From an uncultured delta proteobacterium (lineage in GTDB: Bacteria > Desulfobacterota > Binatia > Binatales > Binataceae), in assembly GCA_963832395.1 (NCBI GenBank), contig CAWHTV010000004.1:1780-65779 (forward strand): a stretch of 64,000 nucleotides of DNA. The letters are read 5' to 3'. The position numbers and the translations under genes are program-made. Every line of letters begins with the position of its first letter. Positions within the stretch are counted from its first letter, which is position 1. The notes beneath the pieces are model-generated. The model had not been told where the DNA came from, made no database searches, and was given only the letters and a program-made list of their open reading frames with translations. Shown here piece by piece: positions 34,976-45,176 of this stretch.

Positions 34976-35162
34976 TTCCGCCCGGCCAGTCTTCCGAATC
35001 TTGCTCTAACTTGCTTTCCCGCCAACCGGATTACTATCATTGCGCACGCGAAAGTCGATGGCTGCATCAGGGTGGCCCGGCCGGATTGCGAGTCCGGCAC
35101 CGAATTTCGCGGACACCGGGCTATGGACTGCTGCGCCTCATAGCTTGAGGAGACGGAGTTGA

Positions 35163-36910
35163 ATGAGGCCGCTCAGCAAAGTCAGCCTGTCACGAGTCCG
35201 CCGCCTGCTGCCGTTCATCTCGGGATTTCGCTACAAGCTCGCCATCATTTTCGTTTTATCGTTTTCCAACACGATTTTGGGCCTGCTCGGGCCCATTTTT
35301 ACCAAGATTCTTATCGATGACGTCCTTCAGGCGCGCAATCTGCGCCTGCTCTGGATCCTGAGCGGCATAATGATCGCCGTCACCCTAGTGAGCTATGTGC
35401 TCGGCGCATTCAACCGCTACTACTACACCAGCGTCACCGCGCGCGTGCTCTTCAATCTGCGCCAGCATCTGTTCGAGCATCTGCAGGCGCTGCCGATGCG
35501 TTTTCACGTCCGGGCCAAGGTCGGCGACCTGCTCTCGCGGCTCAACACCGACATCGCTGAAGTGCAATCGATGCTGACCGACGCCGGCTTCAACTTCATC
35601 GCAAACATATTCACGCTGTTCGCCGCGACCGGATTTCTCCTGTGGCTGAACTGGAAGCTGTTTCTCCTCAGTCTGGCCCTGGTGCCGCTGCAACTGTACG
35701 GGGTGGCGAAGTTCCGGCCGTTGATCGTCAGCCAGACTCGCGCCGTGCGCGAGCTCAACGCGGCGATTTCGTCCTTCCTGGTGGAGTCGCTGTCGGCGAT
35801 AAAGTTCGTGAAGCTTTTCGTTGCCGAAAAAGTCCAGCACGCCCGGCTTTCCGCCCTGGGCGTCGCCTTCGTCAAATCCGTCACGCGGCTCGAGATGCTC
35901 TCGTACCTCGGCAGCAGCGCATCGGCCGCCAGCACCTTTCTCGGCTCCGCACTGGTGACGCTCTACGGCGGATACATGGTGATCGAAGGGCGAGATGACG
36001 ATTGGCAGCCTGGTCGCATTCTCGGCCTATCAGATGCGCGCGTTCAGTCCGTTGCAGGCGCTGATCGATCTCTATCTGCGCCTGCAGCGCGCGGGCGTAT
36101 CGGTGGACCGCATCTTCGAGTTCCTGGACCTGCCGACCGAGAGCGACAGCGCGCCGGGAACCGTCCGGCTGCCCGAGGTTCGCGGAGAGATCGAGTTTCG
36201 TCACGTTTCATTCAGCCATGATCCGGCCGTGCCGATCCTCGACGATCTGAGCTTCAAAATTCCCGCCGGCGGAAGACTCACAATTGTCGGTCCAAGCGGC
36301 GCCGGCAAAACCTCGATCGTCGACCTCATGACCCGGCTGATCGAACCTCGCGCCGGATCGATCCTGCTCGACGGTCACGATCTGCGCGCGCTCGACCTGG
36401 TTTGGCTCCGGAGCCAACTGGTGGTCACGGGGCATCAGGCCTTCGTGTTTCACGCGCCGATGATCGAAAATCTCCGCTACGCCTGCCCCGGACGCCTCGC
36501 TGGAGCAGGTGATCGCCGCGGCGCGCGCGGTCGGTCTGCACGATTTCATAAGCTCGCTGCCCGATGGCTACGACAACCCGGTCGGCGAGCACGGCGCGAC
36601 GCTCTCGGACGGCCAGCGGCAGCGCATCTCGATCGCGCGCGCGCTGCTCAAGGATCCTAAAATCCTGGTTCTCGATGAGGCGCTCTCCGCCCTGGACGTA
36701 GTCAGCGAAGCTGAAATCCGGTCCGCGGTGGAACGGGCGCTGCCCGGCCGCACGGTGATAATGATTACGCATCGGCTGTCCTCGATCCGGCAGGACGACC
36801 AGGTGATGGTGCTCGACCAGGGCCGCGTGCTGTGGAGCGGCCGCTACGGCGACCATCCGGACGGCCTGTCACAGAAGATCATTCAACCGCCGCAGGAACG
36901 CGTCGCTTAG
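35163..36910 (+). CDS. qhpF: Type IV ABC exporter (permease + ATPase), probable QhpF; frameshifts near 35990 and 36490
   Basis: '[10 protein letters not shown]', Walker A 'GPSGAGKTS', '[16 protein letters not shown]...[11 protein letters not shown]'; adjacent to qhpE. Confidence 0.8.
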
Positions 36911-36967
36911 AGTTCGCGAGCGTAACTGACTGCGTCGCGTTCGCATGGTTCGCGGGCGGATGCTTCA

Positions 36968-37855
36968 TCAGGGTTTCTTCAACGGCAGCGGGACTCCAGC
37001 GCTTTTGATAAGGCGCTCGCGGGCGTCCGCGAATCCCAGCTCCGGGCGATCCTGAATCAGCAGCGCCAGCAGCGCGCTCAGATGCGCCGAGGCGAAGCTG
37101 TGCCCGCGATAGTTGCGCGACTGGTCCAGGCCGGGCAGCGGGCGCGGCGAAGGATGAGCCCTGAAATGAATCGTGTCCTCCGAAATATATCGATACTCAC
37201 TCCACGAGCAGTCGTCGCTGGCGGCCACGCCGAAAACTCCATCGAGCGCCGCGGGAAGCATGTCCGCCCGCTCCGGTGGAGACGACGCCGCGATCAAGGT
37301 CCCGGCGCGCTTTGCCCGTGGCCGCTATCCTGGCCATCCGCGCGCGATGCTCGGGATTGGCCGTCCCCAGGCTCAGATTGACCACGTGCATTTTCTGCTC
37401 TATCGCCCAACGGAGAGCCGCTTCGAGAATTTCAATCGAGGTCACGAGGCGGTCGGTGAAAATCTTCACCGCAAACACCGTCGCCTCGGGCGCTTTGAAT
37501 TTCAGGATTCCGGCGAGCGCGGTGCCGTGTCCGAGGGAGTCTCGATAGTCGGAGGTCTGCAGCACCTCGCCCTTCGGACCGATGCTCGAACGCCACTCCG
37601 CCGGCGATCGGGCCGACGTGGGAATGGCCGGCGTTGATGCCGCTGTCGATAAGCGCGATGCGGACGCCCTCGCCGGTGCGAGTGCTTAAAGATTCGGGAT
37701 CGAACTCCGTCGAGGCGGGAGGCGAGCGGCGACTCGCGCGCGTCGCGGCGCATCCTTCGGCGCGCGCAGGTTCGCCTGCTCTCGGCCAGTACTTCAGCCT
37801 CGGTACTTGCTCGGCCGTGACCGCCGCCGGAACCTCGGCCCTCTGCCTTACTCAC
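36968..37855 (-). CDS. qhpE: Subtilisin-like S8 serine peptidase, probable leader peptidase QhpE (frameshifted; start uncertain, possibly 37965)
   Basis: 'GEGVRIALIDSGIN', 'DSLGHGTALAG', 'VVNLSLG', 'GHSFASAH'; follows qhpB. Confidence 0.78.
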
Positions 37856-37964
37856 CGGTCGCGTATTTTCGCGGCCTTTGTTGCAGAGACCTGCCGAGAC
37901 ATCTCTGCCGCGACGCGACCGCTTTCGGAATCCGTCTTAGACTCCCAGCGTACGGATCCTGACA

Positions 37965-39108
37965 TCACGGATCAACGCTTGTGGATGCCGGTGCTGACAG
38001 ATCCTTGTCGGTGCTGACGAATCTCATCCCTATCCCAGCCATCGAATGACCCATCTCGACGTCATCGATGTGCTTGAGAGTGTCGGCGTCGTACACATAC
38101 AGCGCGTGCCACTGGCCGCCGCAGTACACTTTCTTGCCGTCAGGCGAAGCAGCGGCACCGCCTGGCTGTTCGGCAGCACGGACCTGGCTTCTCTCTTCCT
38201 GCGTCACGTAATCGATCTTCCACAGGTCATTCCACACAAAGTATGCCTTATGAATATCGGGCGGGGCGGCGATGCCCTCGACCGTGTACCAGTCCTCGAC
38301 AAAGGGTTCGGTCTCGATGACGTCGAGATGTGGGATGCTCCTGCTTGAGGTCGAGAAGGCCAAGCGAAAGAGTATCCGTGTCGGTTATCGAGTCTTCAAC
38401 GATTATCGCGAACGTGATCAGGTAATTCTGTTCCTGATAGTTCGCCAGCAGCGGCAGGCCGTAGGTCGCACGAATGCCGGTGATATTCCGATGGGCCAGC
38501 GGGATCGTGCCCAGCACGTGGCCGTCGTTCGAATCGAGCACCATGATGTCCTGGCCGACGCAGAATGTGTACATCTTCGTGCCATCCGGCGAGAACGCAA
38601 ACGACAAGGTCTGTGCGGGCGCCGGGAACGATTTCACCTGCGTGTTGGTGGCGGTGTCGTATAACGACGAAACCGCTGCTCTTCGTGCTCGATAGCGACC
38701 GGGGCTCAGCTTCAAGCGGCAGCTCGCTGATATAAAGCCGATCGCCCTTCGGATTAAGGTTGGTCGCCGAGACCCGCACGGTCTCAGTATCGCTCGACAG
38801 CTTGTACGTCGCGACCTGCTTGCCCTGTTCCAGGTCGACGACGGCCACTGCCTGATCCAGATTGGTCGTCACATAGGCGAAGCGCGGAGTCGCCGGGTTG
38901 GTGGAGATCTGCGAGAATCGGCCCTGCCCCTCCAGCGGGATAGTCTTGACCACTTTGTCAGTGGTGGTGTCGACGATCTGGACGAGGTTGGGCAAGGTAC
39001 CGACGACCATGTACCACTTGGCCGACGCGTTCCTGCCCACATCGTCAGGGCGAGCCCAAAAATCCACGAACAGCACAGACGCAGATACCAACCGTCCCTC
39101 TTACTCAT
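37965..39108 (-). CDS. qhpB: Quinohemoprotein amine dehydrogenase beta subunit (frameshifted)
   Basis: Signal peptide plus beta-propeller repeats ('PNLVQIVDTTTDKVVKTI', 'FSPDGTKMY', 'SPDGKKVYCGG'); directly downstream of qhpC. Confidence 0.82.
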
Positions 39109-39162
39109 AGCAATCCCCTCGTTGGGCGGCTCCTCGGCCTCACGGTCTCGAACTCTTGAGAT

Positions 39163-39227
39163 TCGGCCCTCCGAGCGGAGGAGAATGCCCGAGCGCACAG
39201 CTCCTGCCTTGACGCTCGGAGGCCCGA
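39163..39227. other. Intergenic stem-loop between qhpC and qhpB
   Basis: tcggccctccgagcg (39163-39177) pairs with cgctcggaggcccga (39213-39227), 14 of 15 bp. Confidence 0.55.
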
Positions 39228-39267
39228 CGTCTATCAGAAGACTAGAAACCTGCGAACGGACGAACCG

Positions 39268-39584
39268 CTACTTAACTTTCGGGAACTCGACGTTCAGGCT
39301 TCTCCAGTCTTCCATGTTCACGCCGGAGCATCCCTTCGCCCATTCCGGATAGTTCTGCAAGCTGTCCGGCACCTGGGCCGGCCACCAACAGACGCCCGAA
39401 CAACCCGCCAGGTCAGCTTCGGTCGGACTGCACATCGCGTGCGCGCCGCCCCATGGGTCGGCTTCCCAGCCGGGATTGAAAATCGTGGTACAGCCCATCG
39501 GCTGAACCATTCCGACTACATCCCCCCCGTGCGCACAGCTTCGACCGCATGTGCCTTTCGATTCGCCGCCTTCAAGTGCTTCAT
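39268..39584 (-). CDS. qhpC: QHNDH gamma subunit / CTQ precursor peptide, 1-nt frameshift in a G7 run at 39522-39528
   Basis: GGAGGAG RBS; leader 'MKHLKAANRKA...DVVG'; core 'MVQPMGCTTIFNPGWEAD...CSPTEADLAGCSGVCWWPAQVPD' with C7/E16, C27/D33, C37/W43, C41/D49 in canonical register. Confidence 0.93.
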
Positions 39585-39636
39585 GTTCTCCTCCTGCCAC
39601 GAGCGCGAGCCGCACCATGCGGCTTCGCGCCCGCTG

Positions 39637-41121
39637 TCAATCTGCTAACTCAGTTCCTTGGGCACATCCCCCCGGCTTCGTACGATGTATTTCTCGACGA
39701 AACCCAGGGTTCTTCTGCTCGAGCTCAGTAAATACTCCGATACCGTATTCCGTCCATTCGCGCAGAAATACGCAATAATGGAGGTTGGGCAACGCGGCCT
39801 CGCCGAATTCCTGGAGCGCCTCGTGATAACAGCCGCCGCCGCAGATTCCGCGGATCCAGCAGGTCTGGCAGACCGGCTTGTTGCCCACCTGAACGCTGTT
39901 GACGAATTCGGTCAGGCGCCCGTACTCGATCCCTTGCTTCACGTTGCCGTACTTGTGTTCCTCGACTGCCCGGAAACCGATGACACAGATACACGTCGCC
40001 ATTGCCGTCGACATCCAGCAATCCGAGCCCCGCGCCGCACGGAAACATCTTGTTGGTTCCCAGATGCAGGTCCGTCAGCATCGTGCTCAGGTTGGAGAAC
40101 CCCGTGTACTGGTTGTTCAGCGCGCGGTCGACGTAGATGCCCGCCAAGTTCCTTGAACCCGGCGATAACCTCTCTCAGATCGGCCGCGTCCAGGCCGTAG
40201 TCGAGGCCCGGCTTCGCGGTCACCGGGGAGAAGCCGACTTCAAAGAATCCGAGGCCGCGCAGATGTTCGTAGATCCGAACGATCTCGACGGCACCCTTGG
40301 TAACCGTGACGCGCGCGACGATCGGGCGCGCCGTGTAGCGCTCGCAGCAGGCGTTCCACGCGGCTCATGATCTGGTCGTATGAGCCCTTCTTTTCGCCGC
40401 TATTGCTGAGAAAGAAGCGTCGGCGGTCGTGGATGTCCTTGGGGCCGTCGATACTGATAGTCACGCCGAAAAGATGCTGCTTGCAGAAAATCGATTATCT
40501 CGTCGACCAGCAGCGTCCCGTTGGTGGTGATCGAAAAATCGACCTTCTTGCCCACCGCCGCGCCTTTGTTCTCGGCATACTCGACGACCTGCTTCATCAA
40601 CTTGAAGTTGAGCAGCGCCTCGCCGCCGAAGAAGACGATATTGACCTCGCGATTTTTACCCGCCTTCTCGAAACAGGAAATCGACGCTGGTTCGGGCCGT
40701 CTCCCATTCCATCCGAACCGGCGCGGGTCCATATTTCGCCCCGTCCGGCTCGTAGCAGTAGGTGCAGTGGAGATTGCACTTGTTGGTGACGTTGAGGACC
40801 AGCGAGCTCATCGGAAAGTGCTCGGTGTCCACGAACGGAAGCGCCACCGCGCCGCTGTTCTGATGGCCGACCAGCACCTCGACGTTCATGAATTCCCTGA
40901 TGACGTGGGCGACATCTTCACCGACGAAGTCGCTCGAAAGCTGATTGACAGACCTCCTCCAGCGTGAAGCGCCGCTTGTTCTCGCAATACTGGAGCACCG
41001 CCTCCGAGAGCGGGTCCATCGTGAACAGCGACATGGTCTTCGCCGCCACCAGCACGGTCATCCCGCTGTGGTTGACCACATGCGCGTTCTCGGGCCGGAA
41101 TTCCAGTTCGTCAGGTCTCAC
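39637..41121 (-). CDS. qhpD: Radical SAM/SPASM thioether-forming maturase (frameshifted)
   Basis: 'CNLHCTYC', 'FFGGEALLN', 'ITTNGTLL', 'ISIDGP', 'CGAG...DVYLCHRF', SPASM 'CQTCWIRGICGGGCYHEA'; lies between qhpA and qhpC. Confidence 0.9.
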
Positions 41122-41149
41122 AGATTTTAAGCCTCTGAGCGATCACTTA

Positions 41150-42781
41150 TCAGTTTATAGGCATGAATACGAACTTCGGCGGCATCAGCAACATAAAGGC
41201 CCGCGCGCCCATCGGAGGCTTTGACGGGTCGGGCTTGTACCACGCCTCGACCCAAACGTCGCCGACGTTGGATTCGCTATGGATGCGCTCCGGGTTCGGC
41301 CCATCGGTGGCCGCGATAAAGGTCCCGTATGGGTCGACCTTCCCGACGTACAGCACGTCGTCGTCGCTGATCCTGCTGACGCGCTCCGCCACGTCCCAGG
41401 TGAGCGGCCCCACCCGGCCGATATTCACCGGCTTGCCGTCGGGCCCATGGGTGAACCCGAAAGCCTCAAATTGCTGGTTAACCTTGGGTCCGCGAGTGCC
41501 TCCGGGGCGTCCATAGCCCCGTTCGGGAGTGATGCTGATGTAGTCGACGGTCTTATACAGGTAGAAGGGCTGCTCGCCCTCGACGCCGGCGATTTTGATG
41601 CTTCGCGGTCCTACCTTGGCGTCCGCGTCGGCCACGATCTCTGCAACCACGGTGTTATCACCGGACTGGCTGACCGATTGGACCTTAAGCCCGTCGCCAA
41701 CGCCGATCGCGTCCGCGCTGATGTTCGCCGGCAGGTTCATCCCGAATAGCCGCACTTTGACCGTCTTGCCGGCCTGGATCGACTTGGGAATGGCCGTCAG
41801 AAGCTGAGCTCCACCGCCGACCTTGTACAGGGTCTCGTCCATCCCCAGGTCGCCAACCGGCGTCAGCAGGCGCCGCCCATGCATCTCGGTGCCGTTTTCG
41901 TTTCCGAAGAAGATCTCCACTTCCTGTTTGTCTGCTACCTGCGCCCTGCCCGCGCCACTGGAATTTCGCGTAGAGGACCGCCTCCGTGGTGCCCGAGACC
42001 GAGGAGCCGTCCGCGAAGTCATGGGTGAACTTGCCGCTGTACTGATCGTCACCCGACGAGGTCACAGTCAGGAGCCCCGTGTAGTCTCCGCCCTTGGCTG
42101 GGTCGTGGCCGACCACCAGCCATTTTCCGGAGTAGTCCGGCTTGGCGGACCAGCCTGCCATTCCTTCCACGCCGCGGTCTGGAACGGGAACCGTTTGGCG
42201 AAGTACGGTATCGCCTCTCCGGTGGCGACCTGACGCCAAGGATCGATCAGGTTTCCGGCCGACGAGGTGTCCGAGGCGACGAACGGCACGAAGTACTCGT
42301 GCAGGTCAGGCAGCCGCTTCCACATCTCCGGCGTGCGGCGCTGCAGGCCGATACGCGCGAAGGAGTGACACTGGACGCAGGCGCCGACCACATTGGGCGG
42401 CAAGCCCGCCCTGTCGTCGCTCCTGCAAGCGTGCTGTTGCGCTCTTCCAACGCGTATTCGAACGGGGTGACCTCCGAAGGCGCCAATCCATAGTTATCGC
42501 TGAGGTACTTGAGGATCTTGTGAGCCTCGTCCTCTTTGAGCTGCAGGCCATGGTTGCGAATCATCCGGCTGAGCGTCATCCGCCAGCCCTCCGGCGTCAT
42601 GCGCACGGATTCGATCGAGTCGAGCTTACCGTCCTTCGGAATGTGACACGCGGTGCAGACCAGCAGCGTATTGTTCGCCGCGCTTCTGCTGGGCGCCGGC
42701 CCTGCCACTGAAAAAACAGAGAAATGAGAAGACGAGAATAAATGTGACAGCAGTTGAGTCCGGTGCTCGACGCGCGCCCAT
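41150..42781 (-). CDS. qhpA: QHNDH alpha subunit (di-heme c), frameshifted
   Basis: GGAGG RBS; signal peptide; 'CTACH', 'TPEGWRMTLSRM', 'KYLSDNYGLAPSE', 'CVQCHSFARIGLQRRT', 'QFEA', 'DGPNPER...NVGD'. Confidence 0.9.
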
Positions 42782-42993
42782 TCGATGCAGCCTCCCTTGC
42801 TCGTTCGGAAACTCATCCCTAGCGCGAACCAAAAAAAAAGAAAAGCGAATTCGCTAGGATTGTCTCAACTCCGCCCGCGAGCCCATCGACCCGTGCAACC
42901 TGCCGGCCGATAAGTCGGCGCTCAGTGACTAACTGTCCTGACTAACTTCCCTGTCTCTTCATCGCCCGGCGGGCGGAAATTCTTGGAAGTCGA

Positions 42994-43009
42994 AGCAATT
43001 GTTGCGCCA
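42994..43009 (-). promoter_or_regulatory. Sigma54 (-24/-12) promoter candidate upstream of qhpA
   Basis: Minus strand TGGCGC-AACAA-TTGCT, about 210 bp upstream of the qhpA ATG. Confidence 0.6.
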
Positions 43010-43028
43010 AAATTTCGCGGCCGGCCGT

Positions 43029-44513
43029 TTAGAACATCTCGAAGTACTCGCGATGCTCCCAATCGGTCACGTGCGAAAGGAAGCGGGAGATCTCGAATTC
43101 TTTCAGCGCAACTATGTAATCGATGAAATCGTTACCCATCTTCTCGCGGAACAGCGCGCTGTTCTTGAGCGCGGCTCACCGCGTCCATCAGCGACCGCGG
43201 CAGTACCGCTCGATCGGTGTCGGCGTAGGGATCGCTGGTCGGTCGGCCCGGGATCGAGCGCCTTCTCGATTCCGTCCATGCCGGCGATCAGGTTCGCCGC
43301 CAGGTACAGGTAAGGATTGGCGGACGGCTCACCAAGCCGGTTTTCGAGGTGCGTGCCGGGATCGGTCGGCCTGCCAATCACGCGGATCATCGCACCGCGA
43401 TTCTCGGTCGCCCAGTTGGCGCGATGCGGCGCCAGCGAATTGGGGCGCAGCCGCTTGTAGCCGTTGATGGTCGGATTGCTGAAGACGCAGCCGGCGGCCG
43501 CATGATGCAGCAGTCCGCCGACGAAGTTGCGGCCGGCCGCCGACAGCAGTCTGCGAGGCGTCCGGCGCGACAAACGCGTTTTCGCCGGTCGCCAGCGAAT
43601 ACAGCGACTGATGCAAATGCCAGCCGCTCGCATAGACGTTTTGCACCGCCGGCCAGCACATGAATGTCGCATGGCATCCGTGGCGCCGGCAGATCTGCTT
43701 CACCGCGCTCCTGAACAGCAGCATGTCGTCGGCGGGTGCGAGCCCCGTTTCGGGCTCGAACGTCACTTCACACTGGCTGGGGCCCCATTCGGTCTCCAGG
43801 CTGCGGATCGGAAGTCCCAGCGCTTCGAGATTTTCGCGCAACGTCTCGAGGATCGGCTGCATCTCGTCGATCTTCTGCTCGGCCAGGTGCTGGAAACCAT
43901 GCGCCAGCAGACTTACCTGCGGCGGATCGGGCGGCTGCGCGGATTGCTCGGGACGAAGACGGGCGTCTTCGAGCTTCATCACGTAAAACTCGACCTCGAG
44001 GCCCGCCAGCGACCCGAAGCCCTTGCGGCGCAACTCCTCGAGCGCTCGCCGATAGATGTAACGCGGCGCGATAGTTACCGGGCCGCCGTCGGGAAGATAC
44101 AGGTCGGACAATATCCAGGCCGTGGCGGGAACCCATGGCAGCACGCGGAAGGTCTCCGGATCGGGAACCATCAGAAGGTCGCCGGAACCGCCGGCAACGC
44201 CCAGCGGCAGGCCGCCTTCCCTGGTGAAAACCGGGAAGGCGACATGGTTGGAGGTGTCGAAGGCGAACAGCGTGCTGACGACGGCGTGGCCGCGCTCGAG
44301 CGCGGCGAGAAAGTTTCGCGCGGTCAGCGTTTTGCCGCGCGCGATTCCGTGTTGGTCGGCGAACACGACCCGCACCGAGCTTATCCGGTCGCGCTCGATC
44401 GTGTCGCGGACCGACCGCGCGCTATCTTTTTGCGCCTCTGTCCAAAGTCCGTGGCGCTCGACAAATCCCGGGCGCGAGAGGCCCGACGGCTTGAGCTCAT
44501 CCGATCTAGCCAA
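43029..44513 (-). CDS. Glutamine-synthetase-like gamma-glutamyl-arylamine ligase (AtdA1/TdnQ type), frameshifted
   Basis: 'FVERHGLWTEAQ', 'ADQHGIARGK', 'MVPDPETFRVLPW', 'GLEVEFY', 'EWGPSQCE', 'SGWHLHQSL', 'ENRLGEPSANPYLY', 'WEHREYFEMF*'; matches AtdA1/TdnQ as recalled. Confidence 0.82.
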
Positions 44514-44578
44514 TTGTCACCTCCACTGCCGAAGAAATATCGCACAGCCTGGCGTCGCCCGGACGAACCCGCGAACCG

Positions 44579-45172
44579 TCACAGAAAAAAGGAGTTGTTC
44601 TCCTGGCCCTCGTCGCAGTCGATCAGGTTGATTTGTTTCAGCGCAATCTTCCAGGCGCCATCCTCTTGCACAAAAAGGTATCCGCACCAGCCGGCCAGCG
44701 CGCGATGAACGCCGAGCCGGTAGGTCTGAATCACGAAATTCGCCCGCGCCGCCAGTTCGTCCGCGCCGCTCGCGAAAATCTCGAGGTTGCTCAGCAGATG
44801 ACAGGTGCGGGTGGGCGGGATTTGCGAGTAGGCGTTGCCGGTGCGCAGCCGCGCGACGCGATCCGCGAGCCGGCGCCGGTCATGAAACTCGACCGTCACC
44901 TCGCGCCGGGGATCATTGCCGCGGCCAAGCGGTATCCAATAGATACATTCGCGGCTGAAAAGCTCGATCCAGCGCTCGAATTCACCGTCGTCCAGCAGCC
45001 GCGCCTCGCGCTTGATCAGCCGCTCGCAAGCCTCCGCGAGTTCCCGCGCCGGCGGATCTCCGGGCTGCCTCCACAGGCGGTCGAGCGCCACTCAGCCGCT
45101 CGTAGAGCGCATCGTTGACGTAGAGCGAGGGCTCAACCGCGCCTGCGATTCGTGCTTCGTCACGAAAGCCAA
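44579..45172 (-). CDS. Ring-hydroxylating dioxygenase beta subunit (AtdA4/TdnA2-like); 5' part frameshifted
   Basis: 'REARLLD', 'YWIP', 'EFHDRRRL.DR..RL.TG.AYSQ', 'KQINLIDCD..Q.NNSFFL'. Confidence 0.85.
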
Positions 45173-45176
45173 TCTC

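Noticed and set aside
35095-35112. Sigma54-like site upstream of qhpF (CGGCACCGAATTTCGC)
   Set aside because: GG-to-GC spacing is off by one base
39522-39528. G7 tract in qhpC as a phase-variation or programmed-frameshift switch
   Set aside because: Neighbouring genes have many similar indels, so sequencing error is the simpler explanation; cannot be supported without reads
39268-39618. ORF-track protein starting MVRLALVAGG as the QhpC N-terminus
   Set aside because: The real leader (MKHLKAANRKA, strong RBS, ATG at 39584) is in another frame and joins through an indel in the G7 run
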